A stretch of DNA of 64,000 nt from Bdellovibrionota bacterium. Its GTDB lineage: Bacteria; Bdellovibrionota; UBA2394. The translations under genes were made by a program, and so were the position numbers. Every line of letters begins with the position of its first letter. The stretch's first letter is position 1. Of this stretch, positions 10,758 to 19,664 are shown piece by piece. The stretch is taken from assembly GCA_044351695.1 (NCBI GenBank), contig JBILFF010000001.1, positions 2,400 to 66,399 on the forward strand. Reading direction: 5' to 3'. Under the pieces are notes generated by a model that searched no databases, was not told where the DNA came from, and saw only the letters and a program-made list of their open reading frames with translations.

Positions 10758-11522
10758 ATGTGGAACATCATCCGCTCCCTGCCTCGACAAAAACATTTTT
10801 TAAGACAAGGCCCCTGGACCCTTTTCATCCTCACTTTTTTAATTGCGGGATGCGCTGCAAAGACAAAAAATTTAGATACGGCCGAAGGAACCCTGCGAGA
10901 GGCTGAGCGCCTCATGAAAGAAGAGTTTCATGAAGAGGCGCGAACTCAGTTTTTGAGAATTAAAACAGAATTTCCGACAAGCCCGCTTCAAGTGAAAGCA
11001 GATTTAGGAATTGCCGACTCGCACTTTAAAGAAGAGTCTTATCCAGCCGCGGCCAAGGCTTACGAGGATTTTATTCGCACCTATCCGGGCCGCGAAGAAA
11101 TTCCCTATGCCCTGTATCAGCTCGGCATGTCTTGGGCGAATCAAATTCCCGGCAATTCAGATCGAGACTCGCGTCCGACTGAAAAAGCTTTAGATGCATT
11201 TTCAAGACTTTTGGTGGATTTTCCTAACAGCCAGTACAAAGACGACGCCTGGAAGTGGGTGAATAAAAGCCAAAGTCTTTTAGCTGAGAAAGCCTTTAGT
11301 ATTGCTCGGTTCTATGAAAGGCAAGATAAAGCGCTTGCCTCTGCCATTCGTTATCAAAAGGTTTTTACACAGTTTCCAGACAGTAGCTTTGCCGAAGAAG
11401 CTCGAGCCCGGCGGATTAAAATGCTACGAAAGGCCGGAAAAACAGACGAAGCTCAAGCCGAGACAGAAAGTTTTAGACGACAGTTTCCTGACTCCAAATT
11501 CGCGACTATGATAGCAGAATGA
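10758..11522 (+). CDS. bamD: outer-membrane protein assembly factor BamD-like TPR lipoprotein
   Basis: Lipobox LIAGC, TPR-like repeats, length and composition typical of BamD/YfiO. Confidence 0.6.
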   Translation: MWNIIRSLPRQKHFLRQGPWTLFILTFLIAGCAAKTKNLDTAEGTLREAERLMKEEFHEEARTQFLRIKTEFPTSPLQVKADLGIADSHFKEESYPAAAKAYEDFIRTYPGREEIPYALYQLGMSWANQIPGNSDRDSRPTEKALDAFSRLLVDFPNSQYKDDAWKWVNKSQSLLAEKAFSIARFYERQDKALASAIRYQKVFTQFPDSSFAEEARARRIKMLRKAGKTDEAQAETESFRRQFPDSKFATMIAE

Positions 11523-12280
11523 AAATCGATTCTTCGGAGCTCAAGAACCAGATTCAGCTAGGCAAAAATTTGCTTCGCGCTAAAGAATATCAAAAGGCTG
11601 AAAAAATTTTTTTGAACATCCTCAAAAAGCATCAGCTGGCGGATGTGCATAATGCTCTGGGCTTAAGCTACGCAGACTCGGGTAATTTTAATGCAGCAGA
11701 GTTTTGTTTTCAAAAGGCGCTTCAGATCAATCCCAATTATATGGAGGCCGCACTCAACCTAAGCGTGCTCTATAACAACTTGGGCTATGGCAAAAAATCT
11801 AAAGAGATCTACGCAAAACTGCAAAAGTACGGCGCTGCAGGTCGAGGCGCGATGGACCCCATGCTCATGTCCAAAATTGCTAATTTATATAGTGAGATTG
11901 GAGATCTATTTCATAGTGTAGGGGAGTATCGGCACGCTATTGAGGCTTATAGCTCCTCTGCTGATCTTTGCCCCCAATTTTTAGATGTTCAAACCAAACT
12001 GGCAGTGGCTCATCGAGAGTCGGGCAACAAAAAGAAGGCGCTGCTTTTGCTAGAAAAGCAAAAAACCAAAGCGAGTAAGTTTGCCCCCTTTTGGGTGGCC
12101 CTCGGCGTCACTTACTATGCTCTTAATCGTCCCAAAGACGCGATGAAGGCTTGGGAGAAAGCGGTGAAGATTGAGCCCACCAATGCATCGGCAAGGGCTT
12201 ATCTAAAACTAAAACTCGATTCAAAAGCGCAAAGACCGACTCACTTAAAGCTGGTTAAAAAATCATCGAAGAAAAAATAG
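11519..12280 (+). CDS. tetratricopeptide-repeat protein
   Basis: Several TPR-like repeats (ALGLSYADSGNFNAAEFCFQKALQINPNY…); start overlaps the stop of the upstream gene. Confidence 0.6.
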   Translation: MKIDSSELKNQIQLGKNLLRAKEYQKAEKIFLNILKKHQLADVHNALGLSYADSGNFNAAEFCFQKALQINPNYMEAALNLSVLYNNLGYGKKSKEIYAKLQKYGAAGRGAMDPMLMSKIANLYSEIGDLFHSVGEYRHAIEAYSSSADLCPQFLDVQTKLAVAHRESGNKKKALLLLEKQKTKASKFAPFWVALGVTYYALNRPKDAMKAWEKAVKIEPTNASARAYLKLKLDSKAQRPTHLKLVKKSSKKK

Positions 12281-12341
12281 CTTGGGGTAAAAAGGATTGT
12301 ACCAAAAAACGACAAGCCGCTTGAAATCTTAAGGCGCTCCC

Positions 12342-12575
12342 TCAGGCCGCAAATGATGAACTTTGTAGGTGGTACAAAAACTCCCGGCCGCCGTCCTTCA
12401 CCGGCACTAACTTGATCAATCCAAGATGCTCGAGAATCTTAGCATAGCAAAGCATTTCATCGCCCTTAAGGTAGGCTTTGCCCGTTTTGAGCACATCTTT
12501 AAGTTTGTCGAACGCGAGATTTTGAGGGCTAGATTCAAATCGAAAAGTAACCTCCTCAACTGAAAATTTTTTCAT
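12342..12575 (-). CDS. small hypothetical protein (77 aa)
   Basis: Only an ORF in an otherwise ~430-bp non-coding gap; no strong RBS. Confidence 0.25.
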   Translation of the reverse strand: MKKFSVEEVTFRFESSPQNLAFDKLKDVLKTGKAYLKGDEMLCYAKILEHLGLIKLVPVKDGGREFLYHLQSSSFAA

Positions 12576-12707
12576 AGTCTTACGGTCAAGATTGGGCTCG
12601 ATGGATCGGCTTTAGGCAGAGTCAATTTTTTGACTCGCTATAAAATTGATTAAGTCTAAGGCCTCAGTCAGATCCTGAGTGGCACAGCCTTTGCTCTTCC
12701 TCCTCTT

Positions 12708-13199
12708 GTGGTGAACTTGAGAAATTGGATTTGGGTGATCATGATCTTGGCCACTCTGAGTGTAAGCCTTAGTGCTTGTGGTGGGCCAGTGCCAGCTCAT
12801 GGTCTAGACAGTGAAGACCCTGAGCATCGGGGCACAAATGTGGGCAATACAGGAAGCATACCCCCCAAAGAAGCTGGCGCCTTTACCGCCATCTCAGCCG
12901 CGGGCGGCCACGTATTCTGCTCCTATCTAGGCGAATCACCAAGCCCCGGATTGGTTCTTTTGGGGTTCACCAACGATGATTCTTGGGAGCTCATTGCCTC
13001 AGCCCCAGCTCCTGAGACATTGATCAGCGTCCCCGAGGAGGCGACTTTTTCCTACGTGAAAATTAAATGCGAGCTGGCTCACGCCATGGGTCAGCTTAGT
13101 CTTCCGGAGCAAAGGCGCCCTCACGGAGGTGAAGAAGCACTCTGGCCTTCAGAGCAGGTGACGGCATCTCCCCCCGCTCCAGTAGTGGAGGGCCCATGA
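12708..13199 (+). CDS. hypothetical lipoprotein
   Basis: N-terminus …MILATLSVSLSACGG (signal peptide plus lipobox). Confidence 0.5.
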   Translation: MVNLRNWIWVIMILATLSVSLSACGGPVPAHGLDSEDPEHRGTNVGNTGSIPPKEAGAFTAISAAGGHVFCSYLGESPSPGLVLLGFTNDDSWELIASAPAPETLISVPEEATFSYVKIKCELAHAMGQLSLPEQRRPHGGEEALWPSEQVTASPPAPVVEGP

Positions 13200-14062
13200 G
13201 ATCTCCGGCAGAGCTCCTTCAGATGGCGCCGAGTGTGTTTGATTTTGTGGATGCGAGAGCATTCATTCGAGAGCACTTGAATTATCTTAAAACTTCTCAA
13301 AGGGGTTTTAGTTTTCGCAAGTTTAATCGTGAAATCGGCGTATCAGCTCCTGGGCATATACACATGATGTTGTCGGGCAAAATCGCGCTGACTGAGAATC
13401 TCGCTCAAAAGTTGGCGCGGGGATTTGCACTAGATAAGATTGAATTCAAAGCCTTCATGGACTTGGCTTTGCTAGAGAGTCTAGATGAGGGTGAGGTCAA
13501 AGACGATCTTAAGAGCCGAGTTTTAGACGATCGCATTCGTCGCAAAAAAACTAAACTCAAAGAGCATCAGTTTGCGTATTTCTCGAGATGGTATTACCCG
13601 GTGATTCGTGAGCTGGTGGGCTTAGCGGATTTTCGGCTGGATACGAAGTGGATTGCGCGCCGCCTTGGGGGCAAAGTCTCAGAAAAAGAAGTTGCCCAAG
13701 CACTGCAAGCGCTGTTTGCGCTGGGGATGATTCGATCCGAGGGGAGTTTGGTTGTTCAGTCTGAGTCTGTTGTGGAGACAGAAGATTTGATTCCAAGCTC
13801 TGAATTGGTGTCTGAGTTTTTGGTGGCGATGATGGATCAAGCTCAGCAGGCTCAGCGCGGGGTAGCCACCTCGCTGCGAGAGATGAGTGGAGTAACTTTG
13901 ACCGTAGACTCTGAGGACTTTGAGCAGATTAAGAGAGAGCTTACGGAGTTTAGACATTCTTTGTTTAGGCGCTTTGGCCAGGTAAAGCCTAGTCATGATC
14001 AAGTTTATCAAGTGAATCTTCAGTTGTTTCCTCTCACAACGAGTACCGATTCAAAAGATTGA
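13196..14062 (+). CDS. HTH-containing hypothetical protein, possibly TIGR02147 (Fibrobacter/Bdellovibrio paralogous family)-like
   Basis: N-terminal region (FIREHLNYLK…RGFSFRKFNREIGVSAPGHIHMMLSGK) resembles the HTH of the TIGR02147 family as I recall it; ATGA start/stop overlap with the upstream gene. Confidence 0.4.
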   Translation: MRSPAELLQMAPSVFDFVDARAFIREHLNYLKTSQRGFSFRKFNREIGVSAPGHIHMMLSGKIALTENLAQKLARGFALDKIEFKAFMDLALLESLDEGEVKDDLKSRVLDDRIRRKKTKLKEHQFAYFSRWYYPVIRELVGLADFRLDTKWIARRLGGKVSEKEVAQALQALFALGMIRSEGSLVVQSESVVETEDLIPSSELVSEFLVAMMDQAQQAQRGVATSLREMSGVTLTVDSEDFEQIKRELTEFRHSLFRRFGQVKPSHDQVYQVNLQLFPLTTSTDSKD

Positions 14063-14275
14063 TTTTCTCAAACAGTTCATGCGTCACGCTATCTAGCGAG
14101 CAAGCTCCCACGCGGTCGGCCTTGCGGTTGCCAAGGTGCTTCATGGGCATTTCAAAGACATTTTGTATGACCACTGTACATGATGAAAATTTTTGTCAGC
14201 CGTAGCTCTGCAAAAAAGTTGATGTGATTTTTTGATCGCCTTGTGGAGCTGTTCATTCTCTAAGCGCCCCTCGGT

Positions 14276-14350
14276 ACATCTCTCGCAATCTCCTCTCTGC
14301 AACACAACTCTCTCAGAGTTCACCGCCAAGTGCGCTGGGTTCGGTGGGGG
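14276..14350 (+). promoter_or_regulatory. conserved ~75-nt 5' leader element, copy A (two predicted hairpins immediately upstream of RBS GAAGGAG)
   Basis: Near-identical (about 3-4 mismatches) to 17699-17775; contains CTCTG…CAGAG and CACCG…CGGTG stem pairs followed by a G-run and an SD. Confidence 0.6.
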
Positions 14351-14370
14351 GAATGAAGAAGGAGAAATTT

Positions 14371-14538
14371 ATGAGATCAAATCATCAAATTGAAGAGATC
14401 AGCTCGAGATTGGGGATGCGTGCGTCTGTGCTGGTGGGCTTAAGTTTTGGGGCATTGATTTACGCATTATTGCCGCAGACGCTGAAGAAATCAAAAGAAA
14501 CGAGGAAAGCAACGATTCACCGAAGTGCATCGCACTGA
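14371..14538 (+). CDS. small membrane peptide (about 55 aa, one TM helix)
   Basis: ATG 8 nt after the GAAGGAGA RBS; hydrophobic segment VLVGLSFGALIYALL; stop overlaps the start of the next ORF (TGATG). Confidence 0.45.
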   Translation: MRSNHQIEEISSRLGMRASVLVGLSFGALIYALLPQTLKKSKETRKATIHRSASH

Positions 14539-15299
14539 TGCAGAAGAATGAAGGGAATATGATTAAATTCAAAGGTGAAAACGACACCCTTGAATGGGAG
14601 GGCTCTTTAATAAAAATGAACGGTAATTGTAAGGTTAAGGAGCTCGAGGTAACGGGGAAGGAGATGGGATTGAAAGTAAAAGAGCCAGGCGATCTTACAA
14701 CTTATAACTGCAATAGCTGCGAATTCACTGCTATTCCACTTAAGATCTACGACTTTTATCTCTACACGAAAGAAGTTATTCGGGCAGAGGAACGGGACAA
14801 GGAGATTATTAATCTTAAGACCGTCATTCCCCGGGACAGCAGAGAAATAATCGTTGAGACGCTGCCAAGACCAGCGGCTGGCAGTTGTGGCTGCGAAACA
14901 ACATGCAAGATAGTGCCTCCAAAAACGAAAAAGACGTACGACGATTTTTCATGGTTCTCCGTGTCTTTGGCACAAGCTGGCGTATCGCCCGTGCCGGTAC
15001 CTCTTTGTATGAAGAGTATCTATCTTGATAGCCCTCAAGCAGACGGGGTGCCATTTTTGTGGGACCCGCGGGGAACTCCTAATTTTTGCGATGAAAGGTA
15101 CTCAGAGAGTTGGAGTGACGATGAGCAGTTGTATTATGATTACTGGGTAAAGCTTCCGGTCGATGTGGGAAATCACGAAGAGGGTGACGAGCCGTCCTTA
15201 TGCAAAACGATATGGCCGAGTTACGCTTGGCTTGCTCAATCTGAAGCGACCCCCCTTCTTTACAGTGCGTTTTGGTTTAGGATTTTCGGCAAACAATAA
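14538..15299 (+). CDS. hypothetical Cys-rich protein (253 aa)
   Basis: Translationally coupled to the upstream small ORF; multiple Cys pairs (CNSC, GSCGCETTC); followed by an intrinsic terminator. Confidence 0.5.
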   Translation: MQKNEGNMIKFKGENDTLEWEGSLIKMNGNCKVKELEVTGKEMGLKVKEPGDLTTYNCNSCEFTAIPLKIYDFYLYTKEVIRAEERDKEIINLKTVIPRDSREIIVETLPRPAAGSCGCETTCKIVPPKTKKTYDDFSWFSVSLAQAGVSPVPVPLCMKSIYLDSPQADGVPFLWDPRGTPNFCDERYSESWSDDEQLYYDYWVKLPVDVGNHEEGDEPSLCKTIWPSYAWLAQSEATPLLYSAFWFRIFGKQ

Positions 15300-15356
15300 A
15301 CGCGCCCCCCCCACTTTGCCCCGATAAAACTTACCAAAATCTCTACCACGCCATAA

Positions 15357-15396
15357 CCCCGATCTTGCTTTGCAGGATCGGGGTTTTTCTTTTTCA
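15357..15396 (+). terminator. rho-independent terminator
   Basis: ccccgatc-ttgctttgcag-gatcgggg hairpin followed by TTTTTCTTTTT. Confidence 0.7.
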
Positions 15397-15528
15397 CATT
15401 CCTTAAGGAATGTTCATCGCAGGACTCCTCCTCTTATCGGGCTCACCCAAAACGAGCTTAAGCAAGCGAAGCCGCAATCAAGGATTACCCATTGACAGCT
15501 AGGGCTCTGATCAGCAGCGTGATCAAGC

Positions 15529-16146
15529 TTGAGAATGGAGGATTCGATGCCGATCACTCAGACGATCTGGAGTATTATTCAAACAAAGGCTGTAGGGCTG
15601 TTTATAGGCATTGCGATCGCGCCGGCTTGGGCTGAAGCTTCTCAGGGGCCATGTATCGCTCGACTTCAATTCTTTTTTGGTCAGTCCTCAAAGATATTTG
15701 ACGATCGGATCTCACAGCTGACCCTTGAGACAACAGAGGCGTTTAATAACCGAATGCTTGAGCTTCGTGCCTTTGTGATTGCTCATCAAGCCCTCAAGAG
15801 AGCCAATCAAGAAGCACTCAAAAGCGCTCTTTACTTTGGAGAAGACAATGAGGGATCTCAGATCAAGACTTTGCATGACCTCTTTCTAAAGCGTCAACCA
15901 AACCAAGATGAACTTAACGCATTTTCTCAAATGATTGACGATGCGCTTCAATCTCTTGTCGAGAAAAAAGAAGACGTTGTGGCACTACGCAAACACTGGG
16001 AGATGAGCGCAAGCCCAGATGATGATCTTGCAGCGCTTCGCTACTTTCTTCAGCAAGATCTCAAGCGCATTCCTCCAGGGCTGGATCGGGCGACAAGTCG
16101 CATGATGGACCTTCGGGGCCTTGCATCCAGGCTTCGTGCTCCCTAA
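15529..16146 (+). CDS. hypothetical exported protein
   Basis: Signal-peptide-like N-terminus (…AVGLFIGIAIAPAWAEAS); start may be the Met at 15547. Confidence 0.45.
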   Translation: MRMEDSMPITQTIWSIIQTKAVGLFIGIAIAPAWAEASQGPCIARLQFFFGQSSKIFDDRISQLTLETTEAFNNRMLELRAFVIAHQALKRANQEALKSALYFGEDNEGSQIKTLHDLFLKRQPNQDELNAFSQMIDDALQSLVEKKEDVVALRKHWEMSASPDDDLAALRYFLQQDLKRIPPGLDRATSRMMDLRGLASRLRAP

Positions 16147-16341
16147 GCAGGAGAAATCCCATCCCGCAAAACTTGATTGCTTCGCGGCACACTCTTCATT
16201 TCGAGAGTGCTTCGACTTTCTCCTCCAGCACACACGTGGAGCCCAGATGATTCACGGTCATAATAAGAAGCAATAACTTGTAGAACCTGACTCGCGTCGT
16301 TGAAATACGGAGACGATCGTCCAATGAGTCCGCCGATTCGA

Positions 16342-16884
16342 TCATTCGAGCTTGGAGTAGAATCTTTCGATCAGACCCAAGATACGTTCTCTCACCTTGG
16401 GTTGTAATTTTTTTACGAGCTTAAGGCGCGTTTGAAGAAGGGCTTTTTTTACAATTCCGTGTTTCAACAGAGCATTGCAATATTCAATATCTTTCGGGCG
16501 GCCCGCTGCGGCTTTTGAAATCCATAAATCGTGTGGCTCTAAGCAAAGTGCCGTAACTCCATTGGTTTGAGGGGTCAAAAACGGAACAAGGCGCGTTTTC
16601 CAACCTCCCGGCAAAATCGCAGTCTTCGGCGTTACTCCCTGAGCATAATAACCAAAAGTTTCCTGAAAAATAGAGAGCTCGCCAATCGATCCATCAATGA
16701 GGTCCGCTTTGGATCCATCTGAATCATCTAAGGCGGCAATATCCGCTTCAATCGAACGTTGGGCTTCTGGAAAATCAAATTTCACCGAACCATGAATGGC
16801 CTGACTGCCGATCACCAGTACCTTATTTGTTCCCAGGATGGCTCCAGCCGCACGAATACAATGTTCAAATTCGCCGCGCTTCAT
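16342..16884 (-). CDS. nucleotidyltransferase-fold protein (putative toxin of TA-like pair)
   Basis: GS…D.D-type minimal NTase signature (VIGSQAIHGS…DFPE…DIAALDD); 4-nt overlap with the upstream HTH gene. Confidence 0.4.
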   Translation of the reverse strand: MKRGEFEHCIRAAGAILGTNKVLVIGSQAIHGSVKFDFPEAQRSIEADIAALDDSDGSKADLIDGSIGELSIFQETFGYYAQGVTPKTAILPGGWKTRLVPFLTPQTNGVTALCLEPHDLWISKAAAGRPKDIEYCNALLKHGIVKKALLQTRLKLVKKLQPKVRERILGLIERFYSKLE

Positions 16885-17381
16885 CGAGTAGAGTCTTTAT
16901 GAAATTGTTTTAGGATTTGAAATCGCTCTTTGGGTGTAAGAACTCCAGAAAAAGGCGAAACCTGTCGCATATCACGTGAAATCATACTGGCATCAAGTAG
17001 TCTAAGGCTCAATTCTTCTGGGGGAAGCTCTAGCCAATCAATCCAAAGATCAAAAAGCAGTTTAGCGCCAGGACTCCGGCTTTTCATTTTTACGAGATTC
17101 TTTTTAGCTCGTCTGAGGATCGAATCAAAGTCATGCCTCAGGCGCTGTGTGATCACTTGATGATAGGCCAAGCTTCGACGATCCTCGCGCGTCAGAGGCG
17201 GCACATAAGATACGAAGAGCTCGCGCCCCATTGCGCGTGCCATCCGTTGCAGCGTTAAAAGCGTCGGCGATTTTTTCTCGGACTCATACTGCGCAATAGT
17301 CGCCTGAGAGGTTCCCGCCATTTTTGCAAGAACCGCCTGGGTGACTCCCACCTGAAGCCTTAATTGACGAACAATGCTCAT
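16881..17381 (-). CDS. XRE-family helix-turn-helix protein (putative antitoxin / transcriptional regulator)
   Basis: N-terminal VGVTQAVLAKMAGTSQATIAQYESEKKSPTLLTLQRMARAMG is a classic Cro/C1-type HTH. Confidence 0.6.
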   Translation of the reverse strand: MSIVRQLRLQVGVTQAVLAKMAGTSQATIAQYESEKKSPTLLTLQRMARAMGRELFVSYVPPLTREDRRSLAYHQVITQRLRHDFDSILRRAKKNLVKMKSRSPGAKLLFDLWIDWLELPPEELSLRLLDASMISRDMRQVSPFSGVLTPKERFQILKQFHKDSTR

Positions 17382-17387
17382 AAATCA

Positions 17388-17411
17388 AATTATATCTGAT
17401 CGGATATAATT
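17388..17411. promoter_or_regulatory. perfect 9-bp inverted repeat (AATTATATC-n6-GATATAATT), putative operator
   Basis: Located 7 nt upstream of the XRE-HTH gene start, overlapping a TATAAT-like box. Confidence 0.5.
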
Positions 17412-17698
17412 GTCAAAATGGGTATTGACTAGAGAATAGGCGGAACAAAGGCCATTTTTTCGAACCCCCGGGTCCCGCTTTTGGGTCGGAAAGGGTCGGC
17501 GAGAGTTTCACCACCGAACATTGATCGAGAAGCTTGCGTAAAGGCTCTCGTCATCGGGTTGGACTGCTCAGCACCACGAGTACGCATTTTTTTTAAAGTG
17601 CCCCAGCGTAAAGCGCTACTCTTTGGTATCTGCTTAGCGGCGGTAACCACCCCAGCCTTTTAAAAATCTCTGAGATTTCAGCAGTACCCAATGCTGGC

Positions 17699-17775
17699 AC
17701 ATCTCTTGCAACCTCCTCTCTGCAACACAACCCTCTCAGAGTTCACCGCCAAGTGCGCTGGGTTCGGTGGGGGAG
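17699..17775 (+). promoter_or_regulatory. conserved ~75-nt 5' leader element, copy B
   Basis: Near-identical to 14276-14350; followed by GAAGGAGAGG and a GTG start. Confidence 0.6.
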
Positions 17776-17795
17776 GTGTTGAAGGAGAGGCGCCC

Positions 17796-18305
17796 GTGAT
17801 TTTAAATCATCTGCAAAAAGGCATCAAAAAGTTCGTCACTGTAGTGGCTGTGTCGACAATACTGATTACGCAATCTAGCTGTAACGAAGCCTGTAAAGTA
17901 GCAGCGCTACTGGCGAACCTTTGTTTTGGACTCGCCCTTCCAGCTTTCTGGTGGCTACCAGTAGGACCTGGAGTAGTCGTCGACCCCGCGTGCCGAGCAC
18001 TTGTAGACGGACTTAACCACACAGCTGCGCTCAACGCCTCACCCGCCGATGTGGCCGCTTTGGTGCTGGATGGTGCGCCTAGTGAGGATGATTTAGAGAC
18101 TGCGGCAGGGCTCACTGCTGTCAATCGCGCCGATGGCAAGAGTTGCGATGGGCCCTGTGATCCGGAGAAATGCTGTGTCGGCCTTAAAGATGCGCGAAAC
18201 AAGTGCCGTGGGCTACCTGGTGGGGTAAATCCGGTCCATGGTCTGAGTCCGAAAGAGGCCTGCGAAAAGGATCTGGGTCATCTCATTCAGGAACACTGCG
18301 ACTAA
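17796..18305 (+). CDS. hypothetical Cys-rich lipoprotein (about 169 aa)
   Basis: GTG start 6 nt after the RBS; N-terminus MILNHLQKGIKKFVTVVAVSTILITQSSC (lipoprotein signal); Cys-rich C-terminus (CDGPCDPEKCC…). Confidence 0.5.
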   Translation: MILNHLQKGIKKFVTVVAVSTILITQSSCNEACKVAALLANLCFGLALPAFWWLPVGPGVVVDPACRALVDGLNHTAALNASPADVAALVLDGAPSEDDLETAAGLTAVNRADGKSCDGPCDPEKCCVGLKDARNKCRGLPGGVNPVHGLSPKEACEKDLGHLIQEHCD

Positions 18306-18325
18306 GTTAGGGGCCTCTTTAGGCT

Positions 18326-19663
18326 TCACCGGTCGCTTGGGCTGCCCGAGTTCGCCAGAATGCTTTTTGCAACAGCCATCTCGGGCATGCTGTGCTCAAC
18401 CGTCGTCTTCATATCTTTAAGCTTAAGATCTCCCGACTTCATTTCGTCTTCTCCGGCAATCAAGCACCACCGATACGCTCTCGCATCGGCAAACTTAAAC
18501 TGATTCTTAAGCTTGGCCGCCTCTGGATACACATCCACCCGCAGGCCCGCAGCTCGAAGCCGCTTTGCCATCTGCAAAACTGCTGGGCGGAGTGCATCCG
18601 AAAACAGAGGAATAAAAACAGACTTCTCTTGATACAGCCTGCCCTCTTGCGATTGCTTTGAAAGCAAAAGCATCAGGCGATCAAAACCAATACTGAATCC
18701 TACAGCGGGCAGGCTTTCTTTTGAAAATCGCCCAATGAGTTGATCATACCGACCGCCACCGCCAAATGAAAAACTCTCGGACTCATGCCGAAGCTCAAAA
18801 ATGGAGCCCGTATAATAACCGAGTCCGCGCGCTAAGGACGGATCAAACTCTATCGCTTTGAGTGGCAAATCAAGAGCCCGCAGAGACTCTAAAATATTCT
18901 GAAGCTCCCCACCGCTGACCGCCTCAACCCCGTGAGCTTCTTCTAAGCTTAGCTCACCCATCAAAATTTTTTGCATGGTTAATGAAAGTGGCCTTTTAGA
19001 AATAGCTTCGAGCTCTTTGCGAAGCTCCGAGAGATCTTGTTTGTCTTTTTTATCGAGTACGATGAGAAAACTTTGATGACTCTCTTCAGCCACTCCTTCT
19101 GCAAAAAGTGCCGCCCTCAGCCAGGCGCGATGATTGATCTTCAAGCGAAAACCATCACCCCCAACGTCGGCCACCGCGGTCACCCCGGCCTGAAGCACCT
19201 CCACATCAGCAGCCCAAGATCGACTGCCCACAATGTCGGCGTCGGCTTGGATGAACTCTCTAAATCGACCCTTTTGCGCGCGCTCCGCTCGCCAGACCGG
19301 CCCAATATGACAGGCCTTCAAAGGAAAGGCGATCTCGCCTCGATACTCTGACACCACCCGCGAGAGCGGAACCGTGAGATCAAAACGCATTCCGAAATCA
19401 GCAATCGAATCTTCTGTCGGAGACGCCTTTAAGGCCCCCTCTAACTTATCGCCCCTCTTCATCACTTTAAAAATCAGCTTCTCGTTCTCTCCACCGCCAC
19501 TACCTTGCAAAATTTCAAGGCGCTCAAGTGCTGGAGTTTCAAGCAGACTGAAACCAAAAGATTGATAAGTCTTTTGAATGCTCTCGATCACGCTTTGACG
19601 TCGATCGGCTGTCTCACCAAAAAAATCTCGAAAACCTGTGGGGGGCTGAGTGGAGATGCTCAT
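18326..19663 (-). CDS. hisS: histidine--tRNA ligase
   Basis: Class-II aaRS N-terminal TGFRDFF motif plus a C-terminal anticodon-binding-like domain; 445 aa, which argues against HisZ. Confidence 0.8.
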   Translation of the reverse strand: MSISTQPPTGFRDFFGETADRRQSVIESIQKTYQSFGFSLLETPALERLEILQGSGGGENEKLIFKVMKRGDKLEGALKASPTEDSIADFGMRFDLTVPLSRVVSEYRGEIAFPLKACHIGPVWRAERAQKGRFREFIQADADIVGSRSWAADVEVLQAGVTAVADVGGDGFRLKINHRAWLRAALFAEGVAEESHQSFLIVLDKKDKQDLSELRKELEAISKRPLSLTMQKILMGELSLEEAHGVEAVSGGELQNILESLRALDLPLKAIEFDPSLARGLGYYTGSIFELRHESESFSFGGGGRYDQLIGRFSKESLPAVGFSIGFDRLMLLLSKQSQEGRLYQEKSVFIPLFSDALRPAVLQMAKRLRAAGLRVDVYPEAAKLKNQFKFADARAYRWCLIAGEDEMKSGDLKLKDMKTTVEHSMPEMAVAKSILANSGSPSDR

Positions 19664-19664
19664 A

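Noticed and set aside
14141-14329. 62-aa minus-strand ORF
   Set aside because: It overlaps the conserved leader element, which is non-coding in a consistent frame between the two copies.
14276-14350. Possibility that the duplicated leader is a c-di-GMP (GEMM) riboswitch, which is common in Bdellovibrio
   Set aside because: The sequence does not match the GEMM-I core I recall (GGCAAACC / ACGCAAAGC-type segments). I leave it as an unclassified element; Rfam cmsearch would settle it.
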